A stretch of DNA of 63,672 bases, filler included, from Octopus bimaculoides (GCF_001194135.2; 4 parts of 4 records of this genome joined end to end with filler, not necessarily neighbours in it); one strand, 5' to 3'; counted from the first letter of the whole stretch, positions 40,087-53,780 are shown. Numbers and translations are program-made. The notes: generated from the sequence alone by a model not told the origin.

Positions 40087-40429
40087 TTGTGGGAAAGATA
40101 GGGCGTGGGAGAACGAGAGACGAAGGCAAAGAGTGAGTGAGAGAGAGAGGGAGAGATGGAGGGACAAAGAGCAGATGGGAGAGAGAGAGAAAAGGGAGTA
40201 AAAGTAGAAAGTGTAAATGAAATGAAGAGAGAGAGAGNNNNNNNNNNNNNNNNNNNNNNNNNNNNNNNNNNNNNNNNNNNNNNNNNNNNNNNNNNNNNNN
40301 NNNNNNNNNNNNNNNNNNNNNNNNNNNNNNNNNNNNNNNNNNNNNNNNNNNNNNNNNNNNNNNNNNNNNNNNNNNNNNNNNNNNNNNNNNNNNNNNNNNN
40401 NNNNNNNNNNNNNNNNNNNNNNNNNNNNN

Positions 40430-40463
<34 letters not shown>

Positions 40464-40560
40464 TGTATATATGAATATATGCATACATGTATATATATGC
40501 ACATCTATATATATTTATATACATACATATATTTGAATGTGTGTGTGAGTGTGTATCTAT
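39221..40560. repeat. Microsatellite and purine-rich low-complexity tract (TA, TG, GA, GAAA)
   Basis: Direct observation. Confidence 0.85.
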
Positions 40561-41639
40561 GTATGTACGATGGAAGTGACGGATCGAGAAACGAAAAATA
40601 GAACAAGACAGAAGACGGAGTGGGAGTCGAAGAAAGAAAAAAAAAAGAAAGGCAGAAAGAAGGAAAGAAATCACAAAAGAAAGAAAGAAAGAAAGGAAGT
40701 AGGAAAGAAAAAATGGCAAAAAAAGAAAAAAAGATATTCAGATTTGTTTGAACCGTCTCTTTTGGTCAATGTTTTAAACCAGCTTTTACATCGAAACACT
40801 GCAAGTTTGCAGCGCTTTTTCGTTATTAATTGTTTTTCATATAGAAAACAATATGGCCAAACAAGATCAAATTTTTCAAGCAGTTAATAAAATTTTGCAG
40901 AACTCTGAACACAGAACTATCGACTTTTACTTTTGTATACAGGCACTTCTTGGGACACACTCTGTTGCCTCGCTTCTTTTGATTGGTTTCCGAAGTAAAC
41001 CACGCGATTAATCCGATCAGAGTGTGGCTAAGGCGAATCTCTCGTAACCCAAACCCCATGTCCTGTTAGTTTTATTGCAAAAGCGGAAGAAGTAATTAAA
41101 TTTCGTCGCAAAAAGATAAATTAGAGGAATAATTTCTAAGCGTACAAGTACCACGTGATGCATACTTTTCAATCTGAGTCCCATATGCCTCATTGGGTTC
41201 TTCTTTACTCTGAATGACTATGCCCAAAAGAGGAAACGGATAAAGTAAAAAAAGAATATTCTAACCGCCTCCCACAACCACCGCCAAAACAACAACAACG
41301 GTAACAAAAACAACAACAACAACAACAACAGCAACAACAACAACAGAAACAGCAATGATATCAACAACACTAAAATCAAGATAGAAAATGTTGTACAAGC
41401 GAGTGACTGTCTGCACCACAATCTGCCTGTTGGAGTCGACTACAAAAGGTCTTCTGAGGATTCTAAGTTTAAGAGTAGAGGAAAACGAAGAAGAAGAAGA
41501 GTCAAAGAAAACTTGATTATTCAGACAAACTGTAATTTAATTCCTAACAATGATTGTGGTATTGTATCTATTTATTTTATGACAACTAGCAGTCGTAGAC
41601 ATCGCTGGCATTTACCTATGTGGACATCACTCACTAATA

Positions 41640-41850
41640 TATAGGTGTGTGTATGCATATATATATATACATATACATATACATATATATATATATATAT
41701 ATATATGTATACATATATTTATATATGTATACATATATTTATATATACACACACGCACACACACNNNNNNNNNNNNNNNNNNNNNNNNNNNNNNNNNNNN
41801 NNNNNNNNNNNNNNNNNNNNNNNNNNNNNNNNNNNNNNNNNNNNNNNNNN

Positions 41851-41899
<49 letters not shown>

Positions 41900-42039
41900 T
41901 ATGCATATATCATGCATATGTATAAATGTATGTGTGTGTATAGTCTACACTAAAATTTACATGCACGTTAAGACATGTAAAATGCATTCATATATATATA
42001 CTGCAAGTCTGAATGCATATGTACATACACATATTGTAA

Positions 42040-42091
<52 letters not shown>

Positions 42092-42271
42092 AACTATTTA
42101 TCTATCTATATCTATCTATATGATTGTAAGCATATACGTATATCCTTGCGTATGAATGTATGTTATGAGGCAAACATAGACATATGTATATATATCAATA
42201 TAAATACTTTTAAACAGCCGTGTAAATATATTTGTCTGTATGTATATATACACACACACACATATATATAT

Positions 42272-42321
<50 letters not shown>

Positions 42322-42390
42322 GTATATACACATACATAGATATAAACTCAAACACACGCACACACATGTGCGTAGTTACACATACACATA
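41640..42390. repeat. Compound (TA)n/(CA)n/(CT)n microsatellites
   Basis: Direct observation. Confidence 0.85.
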
Positions 42391-43199
42391 AGATATAACA
42401 TCATTTTCCTCCTCTATGCAGTGCAGTGAAACGATTGACACGACTCTTTCTTCCAGTCTCCATATATCTTCATATTTTCTCCATGACGGAGTAGTAGAAT
42501 TTTGATTCTCCATGATCGAACGAAAGTAGTTTGATTCTTAGCAGGTTTTCTAAATTTAATATTCATGCGACTACATTTCTTCTGTTACCTCCCTTCAAAT
42601 TTCAATCTTTTATCGCAAGAGATAACAAATATTTTCCTCCCAGTTCCCTCTCTTTTCTCAAGCAGCCAATTTAACTCCTCAGATGTTTTCATATATCCTA
42701 CTCTGTTCTATTTTAATTCAATGAATCATGCAATTACACAATTTCGCACACTTTATTTAGTTTTCTTCTAACAAAATAAATCTTTTAAATTTCTTTAATC
42801 TTTGTTTTATTTTCTTTATGTTTTGCTATTTTGTTTTTGGTTTACATTTCCACATTTTTAAAATTTTTTTATTTCGTGATCTTACAAATATTTGCAAATA
42901 TACTTTTCGCGTTACATATTTATTAAAATGTCTCTTTCCAACTATTTCTTCTTCTGCGACAATATTTTAATGCGCGTGCACAGCCCATATTAACTCAAAT
43001 ATCGTTTGTTCTTCGTTATTTTCAATCCTCCCCACTCACATCCACACTCTCTATAACTAAACCTTTTCCACTTCGCAAAAGCACACATACGCACGCACAC
43101 ACGAATACACACATGCACACAGAGTCACACACACACTCACGCATGCACACACACATGTATATATATAGTTCGAATGCAATGATTAATATATAAAAGCTA

Positions 43200-44420
43200 C
43201 ACAGGAGGGAGAAGGTTTAACAAATACGGTTTTAGCTTAACGCTTTTAAGAGAAAAAAGGGGAGGGTGTAAACGTTTCGGATTTCAATCTGTCACCAAAA
43301 GGAAAGAAAATCGTGAAAGAAGAAAAACCGGACGAGAAGGACTGGAGTAAGGTGGGAATGTGCTTTTGCAGGAAAGGGGGTTAAGAAGAGAGGAAGGGCT
43401 GGTTTGGCTCGTGTCTGAAAGGAATATACGGGGAAAGTGGTGTGTGTGGTGTCGTGAAGTGTGAATCTGTGTGTAGATGTGTGAAAATGTGGAATTATAA
43501 GTGAGATAATTCAGTAGAAGCTTGAATTGTTCGTGTGTGTGTAATTTTAAAGTGTGTGTGAAGAAAACGGGTATATGAAGAGGATGGAGTGGGCACGAGT
43601 GAGCAGCAAACAGAAGGAAAGTTGAATGTAGAGGGTGTAATAGAGGTGTGTGTAAGTATAGGAGTATGAAACGCTTTTAGACGAAACAAAAGTTGGAACT
43701 ATAACAGGCAAAACGTGAGAGAAAATGTGTATGTTTTGTGAAAGAAGAAAAGTTAAAGATAATTTAAAAACTGCAAAACACTGGGAAAAGTTTGGAGAAA
43801 TATAAATGAATGTCGAAAAGATAGTGAGAAACTAGTAAAAATTTGTAGGTGAGATAAATGAGAATGTAAGAGGAATGCGAAAGGTGTGACAAACGTGTGT
43901 GCAAGGATATATGTGTGAAATGTTTTTACATAGAAGAAAAGTTAAAACTGAACAATGCAAAAGACAGAAAGCGTATTAGATATTCCGTGAAAAAGAGAAA
44001 ATAGGAAAAGCAATATTTCTAAGGGTACAAAGCTAGCTAAAAATGTCCGGAGTGGTATGGCAGAGTGTCTAAAGGAAGGTAAAGAATTTGTAGTCTCCAT
44101 AAGGAGGAGAGATGATAGTAGTTAGGAGAACCTGGTAAAGTGCGCCGAAGTGACTTAGCTATGTTGAACAGTTATGAACAGGAATGCATGGCGTAAAAGA
44201 GTTAGCTTAAAGTATACGGTGTGGAGCAATATTTTTAGGAAAGAAGAGTGGAGAGTAAAGGGGGGTAAGCAATAGGTAAAGTAATGTGCTGCGTGTGTGT
44301 ATTGCTAAGTCAAAGCGTCAATGACGGCAACGAAGAAGTGATTAGTGAGGAAGGAGGGAAAGGGTGGTGCACAGCTGTCTAGCAAAGCAGTGTGGAAGGA
44401 GTGAAGAACAGGTGTGTGCG
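43200..44420 (-). mobile_element. Strand-biased purine-rich decayed repeat, possibly Penelope-like
   Basis: Strong G/A bias on +. GTGTAGATGTGTGAAAATGTGG (43471-43492) resembles GTGTAGGTGTGAAAATGTGG in the PLE tail near 298-318. No diagnostic protein motif was found. Confidence 0.3.
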
Positions 44421-44571
44421 CAAGTGTATCTGCATGTGTGGGTGTACGTGTATGAGTGGATGTGTGTGTTTCCTTGTAATAGTATGTGTGTGTGTGTGTA
44501 TTTGTACATATATGAGTGAAGGAGGGGAAGGTGTGATAGTGTCAGTCTGTGTGAAGAGTGGAGAGTGTCGG

Positions 44572-44790
44572 TATTCTTTTATTCTTTTACTCTTTTACTT
44601 GTTTCAAACTGTGGCCATGCTGGAGTACAGCCTTTAGTCGAGCAAATCGATTCCAAGATTTATTCTTTGTAAGCCTAGTACTTTTTCTATCGGTCTCTTT
44701 TGCCGAACCGCTAATGTTACGGGGACGTGAACACACCAACATCGGTTGTCAAGCAATGGTGGAGGGACAAACACACACACACACACACAC
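44572..44790 (-). mobile_element. SINE family C, 3' half
   Basis: Near-identical to 21085-21300. Confidence 0.85.
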
Positions 44791-45297
44791 ACATATATAT
44801 CCACCTGTTCAACTGCCTTGGTCTGAATTAGCAGCATATTAACCTATTCCCAGTCAAAATTACGTGACAACTTCGTGTCCTCATTATTACACACAGTCTA
44901 AGAAAGTAACTACCGACAATGAACTTTTCTGTTTTTTCCTTTTTTATTATTATATGACCATTTTTAAGTGTATGTCAAATGTATTGTGCTGGAAATAAAT
45001 CATTTAAACCTGGTGGTGTTTGGAAATCCCGCAATAAATACCGATGGAAATCTCTGCAAAACTTTACCGAATTTCATCTTTTCATCAAAATTGTAAAACC
45101 TCTAATAAAAACGAAATATCGATCTGGGACACAAAGGTCACATATTCTGCAGCAATTAATGAAGGAAAAAGCTTGTTATTTTACGGATCAATTAGCTCTA
45201 TAATTTGTTGGTTTTATTACATTTAAAGCTCTAAATATATTTAAAGAATTCAGAGGTGAGGCGTCCAATGTGTTTAAAAGTGTGTATAAGTGGAGGA

Positions 45298-45623
45298 GAC
45301 CCCTTCGGTCATGAATGACCATGGGATTCCACCTAGAAAGTTACCCTCCGAGGCACAAGTCCCGGCAAGGTTTTTTATGGAAGGCCAGCAGTCACCCATG
45401 CATACCAGTCTCCCCTCTCCACACCCCTGATGTTATCCAAGAGAAGGGCAAAGGTTGACACAGCTTGACACCAGTGATGTCGCAATTCATTTCTACAGTT
45501 GAGTTAACTGGAGCAATGTGAAATAAAGTGTCTTGCTCAAGAACACAATACGCAGCCCGGTCCAGGAATCGAATTCACAACCTCACGATCGTAAGCTCGA
45601 CGCTCTAACCACTGAGCCATGTG
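45298..45623 (-). mobile_element. tRNA-derived SINE, family A
   Basis: Reverse-complement homolog of 5952-6283, with head TGGCTCAGTGGTTAGAGCG...GAATTCGATTCC. Confidence 0.9.
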
Positions 45624-45902
45624 TATAAATATATATTGTAAAAAAGCCTTTTTAAGACATTTCCAGTAAGTTCTATACAGATTTTTTCCCGTTTTCTGCA
45701 AGGAGGACATTAGGTCGATACAGAAATACTTTAGAACGATATATACCGTTGAGGAGACAAATATTCGGGTTGTATAAAAGCAAATGATTTTTACACAGTG
45801 GTGTTAGAAACATTTCATCTCTTTATGCAGCCTACCGCATCAGTAAAGTTTTTCGTGCAACCGTGGCACACATTAACACTATATTTGCTATAGATCTTAC
45901 TC

Positions 45903-46254
45903 GTGTTAGTGGTCAGGGCAGCGGTATCGCGGTCGTAGGATCGCGGTTTCGATTCCCAGACTGGGCGCTGTGAGTGTTTATTGAGCGAAGACATCTAAAA
46001 CCACACGAGCTTCCGGCAGGGGGTTGTGGCAAACCCTGCTGTATTCTTTCACCACAACTTTCTTTCACTCTTACTTCCTGTTTCTGTTGTAACTGTATTT
46101 CAAAGGGCCAGCGCTGTCACAGTCTGTGTCACGCTGAATCTCCCCGAGAACTACGTTAAGGGTACACGTGTCTGGGGAGTGCTCAGCCACTTGCACGTTA
46201 ATTTCACGAGCAGGCTGTTCTGTTGATCGGATCAACTGGAACCCTCGTCTTCGT
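45903..46254 (+). mobile_element. tRNA-derived SINE, family D
   Basis: tRNA-like head (TAGTGGTCAGGGCAGCGG...GGTTTCGATTCCC) followed by a GC-richer body. Confidence 0.65.
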
Positions 46255-46980
46255 ATTAACTAGGGTTTTGAAGATTACTTCTAGAGTAAGCTTAAGTTAT
46301 ATAATCGTATCAGACCTCAGATTCACTATACTATCTAATGACTTCAATGAAGTATTTTAGGGCACAACATCAGAACCAAAGTTTATGGTAAATAAAGATT
46401 GTTTAATTATAAAGATATCCGAGTTATTGATTAGGATAAAATTTCTACGAATTCTAAGTATTTTTGATGTGATTTAGTTACAGACAGAAAAAAGAAACTC
46501 TACTATACCGTGCTGCAAAATATTCATTACCGATGTTGCTGTAATATTTGAAAACCGATAAACTGTTATTTGATAATGTAATCACCTTGCCATATCCAGA
46601 GAGTTGGTCACATAAGAATAAAAAAAGAACTTTAATTTATTCATCAACACTAAGACTTTATTAACAGCATCCGCTTTCCTTGCTCGCGTATATTTTATGG
46701 TTACGATACTGGAGACATGAAAACTACGTGATTTTATTTGTGATTAGATGAATACAACGTGTCTTCTGCACATGACAATTGGATATATCTGTGTGTTTAT
46801 TCACGTAAGTTTGACGTAAGTGTAACGCATTTCATTACGTGTTTTCCCCGAGCAATTAAATCTCTATGACTAATTTTATCTTGATAGGTTTGCAAAGTCA
46901 CACTTTTCCTCACTCCAATGGTTTGAATAATCTGCAGCGTGAAACATAGAGAAAAGATTTAAGGAGCTTGAAGTTCGATC

Positions 46981-47752
46981 GACGAGATCGTATCTAGATA
47001 GAATATTCTGTAGGACGGTGGATAGGGATAGTATAGGGTGTCCACAATTTCACATAGTCAGCTACTCAGATCACCAATTGGTGACGTGTACACTCGACTT
47101 AGCTAAAAATCATAGGCAGGGTCCCGGTTACTGGAAGCTGAACACGTCACTCCTGGCGAGACAAGCTTCCAGAGACCGGATAGTACATTAGTGAGAAGGG
47201 CGTTGGTGGGAGCAATTATTAACCACAAATGGTGGTTTGCCCTGAAGAAAGCAATTAAAGCAGAATCAGTTAGGTATAGCAAGGCTTTAGCGATAGATCG
47301 AAATAGAATAGGACAGCTTGTTAAGAAACTAGTAGAGGCACTTAGAAGTGGCATCGCGTCCAACGTGCTGGCGGCGAGGTTGGCCCTTGACCAACACTTT
47401 AATGCCAAACACGAAGGTTGTGTTGTCAGAGCTAGGATGCGCGCCCTAAGAAACGAGGGAATCGAAGCTGCGCGAGAGGCACGATTAGCAGAGGTGCAAC
47501 GTGGCAACAATTCCACCTTTCGGTTGTTGATAGACCAGCATGAGCTCGAGTTACTCGAGCCCGAAAGGATGTGTGAGGCCTTTCAACAAAATTTTGCCCG
47601 ACTGTTCGGGACGACTGGTAGGTCGGAACGTAGGATAGACTTTAGTACCTATCTGCACAGCCTGCCACGACTCTCGGCAAGGGAGGCGGAATGTTGTGAA
47701 AGACCTATTACAGCCACTGATGTACAGGTTGCAATGGCAGACTGTGCAGGTA
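46981..47752 (+). mobile_element. Tx1/L1-clade LINE ORF2 internal fragment (end of APE to pre-RT region)
   Basis: RSYLDRIF...SDHQLV...HRQGPGYWKLN...IINHKWWFALKKAIKAES...GCVVRAR...FARLF...RLSAREAECCERPITATDV. Homologous to 11889-12335 but diverged. Confidence 0.9.
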
Positions 47753-47824
47753 ACGAAATACATGCAAAATGAGGTATGTATATACATGCAAAGCGAGGTA
47801 TGTATATACATGCAAAACGAGATA

Positions 47825-47858
<34 letters not shown>

Positions 47859-48300
47859 NNNNNNNNNNNNNNNNNNNNNNNNNNNNNNNNNNNNNNNNNN
47901 NNNNNNNNNNNNNNNNNNNNNNNNNNNNNNNNNNNNNNNNNNNNNNNNNNNNNNNNNNNNNNNNNNNNNNNNNNNNNNNNNNNNNNNNNNNNNNNNNNNN
48001 NNNNNNNNNNNNNNNNNNNNNNNNNNNNNNNNNNNNNNNNNNNNNNNNNNNNNNNNNNNNNNNNNNNNNNNNNNNNNNNNNNNNNNNNNNNNNNNNNNNN
48101 NNNNNNNNNNNNNNNNNNNNNNNNNNNNNNNNNNNNNNNNNNNNNNNNNNNNNNNNNNNNNNNNNNNNNNNNNNNNNNNNNNNNNNNNNNNNNNNNNNNN
48201 NNNNNNNNNNNNNNNNNNNNNNNNNNNNNNNNNNNNNNNNNNNNNNNNNNNATATATATATATATATACAAAACGAGGTATGTATGTACCTGCAAAACAA
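47752..48300 (+). repeat. ~24-bp minisatellite (GCAAAACGAGGTATGTATATACAT) on both sides of a gap
   Basis: Three units at 47752-47825 and one unit after the gap at ~48270-48295. Confidence 0.75.
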
Positions 48301-48654
48301 GAGAAAGCAAAAGGTGGAGACTTTCAGAGGATGAATTTTTAAGTATAAATGTATTTATATTAATAAATCTGACTTACACATAGTACAAACGACAGAGAAA
48401 ATTAAAGACGGTGGAAGAATGGTGTTATAGGTCCAACAGCTGTTTCTGGGGGCTCGGAGATCCATAATAATGTCGGTAGATGTGGTTCATTCGAACATGC
48501 AGCCGTAATGGATGCAATTAACATTACACGTTCCATGTATGCATATATACATATTTCGTGTTTCATACCCAAGTTATTACATCTAATACATTTGATATAT
48601 TTAAGATATCTAATGTTTCTAATTTGTTTATTCGCATAATTGCCTTTCTCTCTC

Positions 48655-48691
<37 letters not shown>

Positions 48692-50704
48692 GTATTCTCA
48701 CATACACACAAACAGATAAACGCACACATATACCAATTCAATTTTGACTCTTTCGTACACACACTGGTACACACAGACACACGTCACCTCATAGATGCAA
48801 CAAAAGACATATTCATATACTTTTGAAACACACAATCACCTCCACACTGTCAGAAATCCACAATTCTATCACCATACTTAGTAATTACAAGTAATCTACA
48901 AGACTTAAGGCGGTGAACTGTAAATAATTTTTAATCAATGATAACTATAACCTTAGTGAATAGAAAGGTCATTAGTGTTAATGAATTTATTTCCACAAGA
49001 GAGAACAGGACCACGTTATCAAAAGCATTAAATTCTCAGATGGTAGGGTCTGGGTATCAGTTATTTGTTGTGGTAGACTCAATAAACTTTATACACACTT
49101 ATCAATTGTCTATATTTAAACACATCTTTGAATATCAGACTTTGTGTTTCAAAGGAAGAAACAGGTTACAAGCTATCGCGGTTTGGCACTTTTGGATGGC
49201 ATTAAATTTGTAACAGGGATATTTGTCAGAGTCCCAAACACTGACTCCCTTTCTGGAAATCGAATCCAAATCATTGTGTTTACACGTTAAGGTAACTAGT
49301 ACAAACAGAAATCTACAAAGGACTGATGACACCAGCAAGTTAATAACCCATTCAAGTTTGATAAGCAGATTAAGAACTTTTTATCAGTAGCTAGTTTGAT
49401 CACTAAAAACTACAATCGACCCAGCAGATGTTTAGCTCATTAAATTCCAGTGTTGTAAACAAGCATTTTCCTGTTTTTGATCAACAACATATTGAATTGT
49501 CATTAACGATTTCAACTTTGGCACTTCTTTTCTTGGACAGACAACAGCAATATATAATTTGTTTTTCTGCTCACCAGAGTGGCCGTAAGACTGCCAAAAC
49601 CATCGTTTGCAGGATTTGACGACATGCAAGATGGGCTACGGTCCTCGGCGACGATAACAGTGATCATAGTAATATGATAGCTGAAGCCAGCTCACTCATG
49701 AATCTATGTCACATACGGTTATTGTCCTTGGGAAATAACTCTACAAATTCATGGCGAACTGAATCGGAAAGGTTTCGATTCATAGTCATAGCTACTTCGT
49801 TAGATTTGCTGGGAATGGTGGTATACTTTACGAACTATCGAAGGAGCATCCACACAATCACTTGACTTTCTAGAAATAACAGCGCATTCACCCTCAAACA
49901 ACACCCGACTGTCTTTAGAAAATGAAGGACGATACAGAGCATATTGTAGTCGGTCATATAGAGTTTCTGAAGAAAATTGTGGATAGTCACAGCTAAAGCA
50001 TTTCAGATCATATGTTTACTAGTAAGTCTATCCTGGGGCTGAATACTACCACCACCAAAAATATTGGATAGTCAAGATGGAACAGTCTCGATATGTTTTA
50101 TTAGATAAAGATGACCTGGGATTAAATACCACCACCAAAGATAACAGCTGTAACAACAACAACCACAACAACAGCAACTTATTTCAGAGTTCAAACTTTT
50201 CAATCAGCTGATTGTTTTCGAGTTATCTCAATAGAATTTTGCTTTTACATTTTAAAGAGGGAGTTTTTTCCTACCTATTGTTTCAATAATTCCATTGAAT
50301 AGATTTGCCTCAACTCATTATATTAGTTACATCAGACCCCACCCAATGTGTATTTAGCATGTAGATTGTCCAGTCCGGCCGCACTGATATATCTTTCCCT
50401 ATTCATTTTGTCTTTCCACGTAATATTTCACCTTTCTACCCAGCTCAGATCCCTCTATCAACACTGTTCTCTTCCGTTTACTTCCTCATTCGTTTCTCTT
50501 TGTTTCCCTGTCTTACAGTCAGTCCTTCGACGCAAATTCTTCCAGCAATTGTTGTTTCCCTCTACACAGTTCTGTGCTCAAGGCATCAGGCTTCTTTCTT
50601 TCTTCACTTTGTACCGACTTAAATCTTTCCTGTTGCGTCCACAGATAAGGCTGGTGCTTGTTGTGCGGCTGCGATGTAAGAATCACCAAAACAGAGAAAC
50701 GAGA

Positions 50705-50857
50705 AACTTGATTCAGTACTTGGCTAGTACTTTATTTATCGACCCCGAAGAGATGAAAAGTAAATTTTACCTCGGCTGGATTTGAACTCAGAATCCAGAA
50801 AATAAACACAGTAAGGAATTCTATCGGACACTCTTACGAGTCTTCCGTTTCGCCGCC
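50705..50857 (-). mobile_element. SINE family B, degenerate
   Basis: TTTATCGACCCCGAAGAGATGAAAAG...GGATTTGAACTCAGA on +. Confidence 0.7.
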
Positions 50858-51184
50858 TACTTTACTAAATTATTTCTGCCAACATAGACCACCGTTAGTT
50901 ACCTCACACATTACTTTTATCAGCAAAAATAGCCTTACTTCTTAACAGAGGTCTACTTCATAACAGACGAACCAAAGACTGGTCTACTTCCTAACAGAGG
51001 AAGCGAACATTGAAGTTATGCATTCAGATATATTTTCGGCTCGATAGATATTTGTTTGTTAAAGGTATTCTGTATTAAAAAGTAGTTAGGTGAGTAACGG
51101 TGGAAGAAACACCGTAACAAACAGAGTTATATGAAAGATAGTAGCACATGCATAGTGTTATTATAAACATTAAAAACAATTCCT

Positions 51185-51367
51185 CTCTCTGACAAATGAG
51201 ACTTGTCCGAAACCTCAGTATTTTGCTCTCCTAACGATATACGAACGTAAGTAAATTTGTGAACTTTACGAAATGAAATTTATTCATTTTATTTCCTACT
51301 TTGTATCACGAAAAATCAAAAGCAATTTATCTCTCTGACGAATGCAACTTATCCGAAACGTTAGCTT
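51185..51367 (+). ncRNA. Two tandem degenerate hammerhead motifs (~146 nt apart)
   Basis: ctct-CTGACAA-atgagacttgtcc-GAAAC-ctc (51189-51216) and ctct-CTGACGA-atgcaacttatcc-GAAAC-GTT-ag (51335-51364). Confidence 0.45.
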
Positions 51368-52531
51368 TCTCCTCTATGGGTAGTACATGTATAAGTATAA
51401 GTATAAATTTGTGAGCCTCAGAACATGAAATGTATTCGTATTATCTTCTTTTTTCGGATGACAAACCCAACGGTTTGAAATATGTCATAGAGAGGCATGA
51501 TTACAATTTTGTAAATAACTAATATAACCATTGAAATCAACAACAACATTGACGAAGTATTTATTTTGGAAGCAATGAACAACGAAGTCGATTCTACCAA
51601 GAAATAAATGAATGGTGCCGCTATTTACTGTTCTACCACATCTTTGGAACAACACCATTTACTCAGCAGAAAGAGAAAATACTGAATAAAATGAATCAGT
51701 GTATTATATATTTTCATATTCTAGATCCACGAGGAATAAGATATGAACGCGACACACTGGAGACATTCGAACTCAGAAAGAGGAGAGAATAGATTCAGCG
51801 AATCATGTTTAGAGTTCTACCAGTTCTGCTAATACAAAGTGCAAAACACAGTTTTCTCTTCATAAAAATTCTTTGATAAGTCACTACGTTGCCTTCAGGC
51901 TAATCGAAAGTGTTAGGCTGGCTCAGTGATTTTCTGATGGTTCGTTAGGTTTTGATGTAGATGGAACTCACAAACGTACAACTTAAAATGATGGCTTCTG
52001 GTAACAGATTTTACCTTCGGCAATTCGTAATTTGATGGTGCTGTAATAGAATAGGTGAATAATCTATTTCTAAATCTTCTCACAGTTTTTTTCCTGCTGT
52101 TTATACACACAAACATACATACCGTTCTACTTACAGATCTCATTGCTGTAAACACAGTTTTTAATTCTTTCCGATTCTTCTCTTTCTAAATTAATCACAC
52201 CCACACAAACACACATATATGTATGTATATATATATATATATGTACACACACACACACATACACACACACATATATATATATATACATACATATACATAC
52301 TGTGTGTCTGTAAGTACTTATGCATATATGTATGCATACATATGTGCCAATTTTTATTATACGTATCATATATATATATGCATGCACTGTGGAAACTTCG
52401 AAGTCATTGTGAATAATATTCTTGTTTAAGAATAATAAATATATATAATTTTTTTATGCATGCATGCATGTATGTACGTACGTACGTACGTATGTATGTA
52501 TGTATGTATGTATGTATGTATGTATGTATGC

Positions 52532-52576
<45 letters not shown>

Positions 52577-52639
52577 GGAAGAAAGCAAAGGACCACTGAT
52601 GAGGTCACAGAAGTGTGACGAAAGAACTCTCTCTATATA

Positions 52640-53127
52640 TAGGGGTTGGACAAAATAATGAAAACACCTTAAAATTTCAAACAAATTTATATTAATACGG
52701 AGTCGGACTGCCTTTGGCAGTAATTACAGCTTGAATTCTACGAGGTATGGACTTGTACAAAGTTTGAATTGTTTCCAAAAGGAATTTTTGTCCATTCTTC
52801 AGCTAAAACAGTCTCCAGTTCTTGTAGTGATGATGGTGGAAGGTATCGACTCCTTACTTGTTTTTCTAAAATGCACCATAAATGTTCAATAATATTGAGA
52901 TCTGGGGACTGTGATGGCCAGATAAGATGTTCAACTTCACTAGAATGTTCCTTGTGCTATTCAGTAACAACTTTAGCTGCGTGAATTGGTGCATTATGAT
53001 CCTGAAAGATTGCGTTTCTCTCCGGAGACAGTTCCGCAACCATGGGATGAATTTGATCAGATAAAATGCTTAAATAGTCTTGACTATTAATTCTGCCATG
53101 AAAGGAAACCATTGGGCCAGCAGATTT
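52640..53127 (-). mobile_element. Tc1-like DNA transposon 3' end with TIR (pseudogene; runs into a gap)
   Basis: GRINSQDYLSILSDQIHP...IFQDHNAPIH...WPSQSPDLNIIEHLW...LQEL...EEW. The TIR (T/C)AGGGGTTGGACAAAATAATG follows TA at 52640. Confidence 0.9.
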
Positions 53128-53367
53128 NNNNNNNNNNNNNNNNNNNNNNNNNNNNNNNNNNNNNNNNNNNNTTAATTAATTAANNNNNNNNNNNNNNNNN
53201 NNNNNNNNNNNNNNNNNNNNNNNNNNNAGTATGTATGCGTATGCGTGTGTATGTGTACTCAAACACACGTACACACAAATGTATGTTTATATTCCATGAT
53301 GACTTGTATTGTTTTTCGAAAACTGACATCTAATTGATTTGAATCGATAGAAAAAAAAGAAACAAAA

Positions 53368-53428
<61 letters not shown>

Positions 53429-53742
53429 ATACATATACATACATACATATACATACATACATACGTACATTCATACATACGGAGCTACACACGCATACAC
53501 ACACAGACGCATACATGCCGACAAACACGCACACACACACACACATACACATATATCTTTATATACACACATACGTAGAATAATATGAAAAGACAAATAA
53601 AACAAATATGAAATATATACAAAATAAAAAAAAATAATGGGAAATAATGACAAAGTGCAACAACAAATAACATAAAGAGAGGGGAAGAGGAGGGGAAGAA
53701 CTGAAGAGGCTGAATAACAGCGGTAGCAGCAGCAGCAGCAGT

Positions 53743-53773
<31 letters not shown>

Positions 53774-53780
53774 CAATACT
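53368..53780. repeat. (CA)n, (TACA)n and (CAG)/(CAA)n microsatellites
   Basis: Direct observation. Confidence 0.9.

Noticed and set aside
48431-48446. GAAAC-AGCT-GTT-ggac on the minus strand, matching the 3' half of the 36.9-kb hammerhead
   Set aside because: There is no CUGANGA upstream within ~100 nt; at most a half remnant.
49573-49670. Plus-strand candidate exon VAVRLPKPSFAGFDDMQDGLRSS after TTTTTCTGCTCACCAG
   Set aside because: Weak donor, short frame and no homology recognised.
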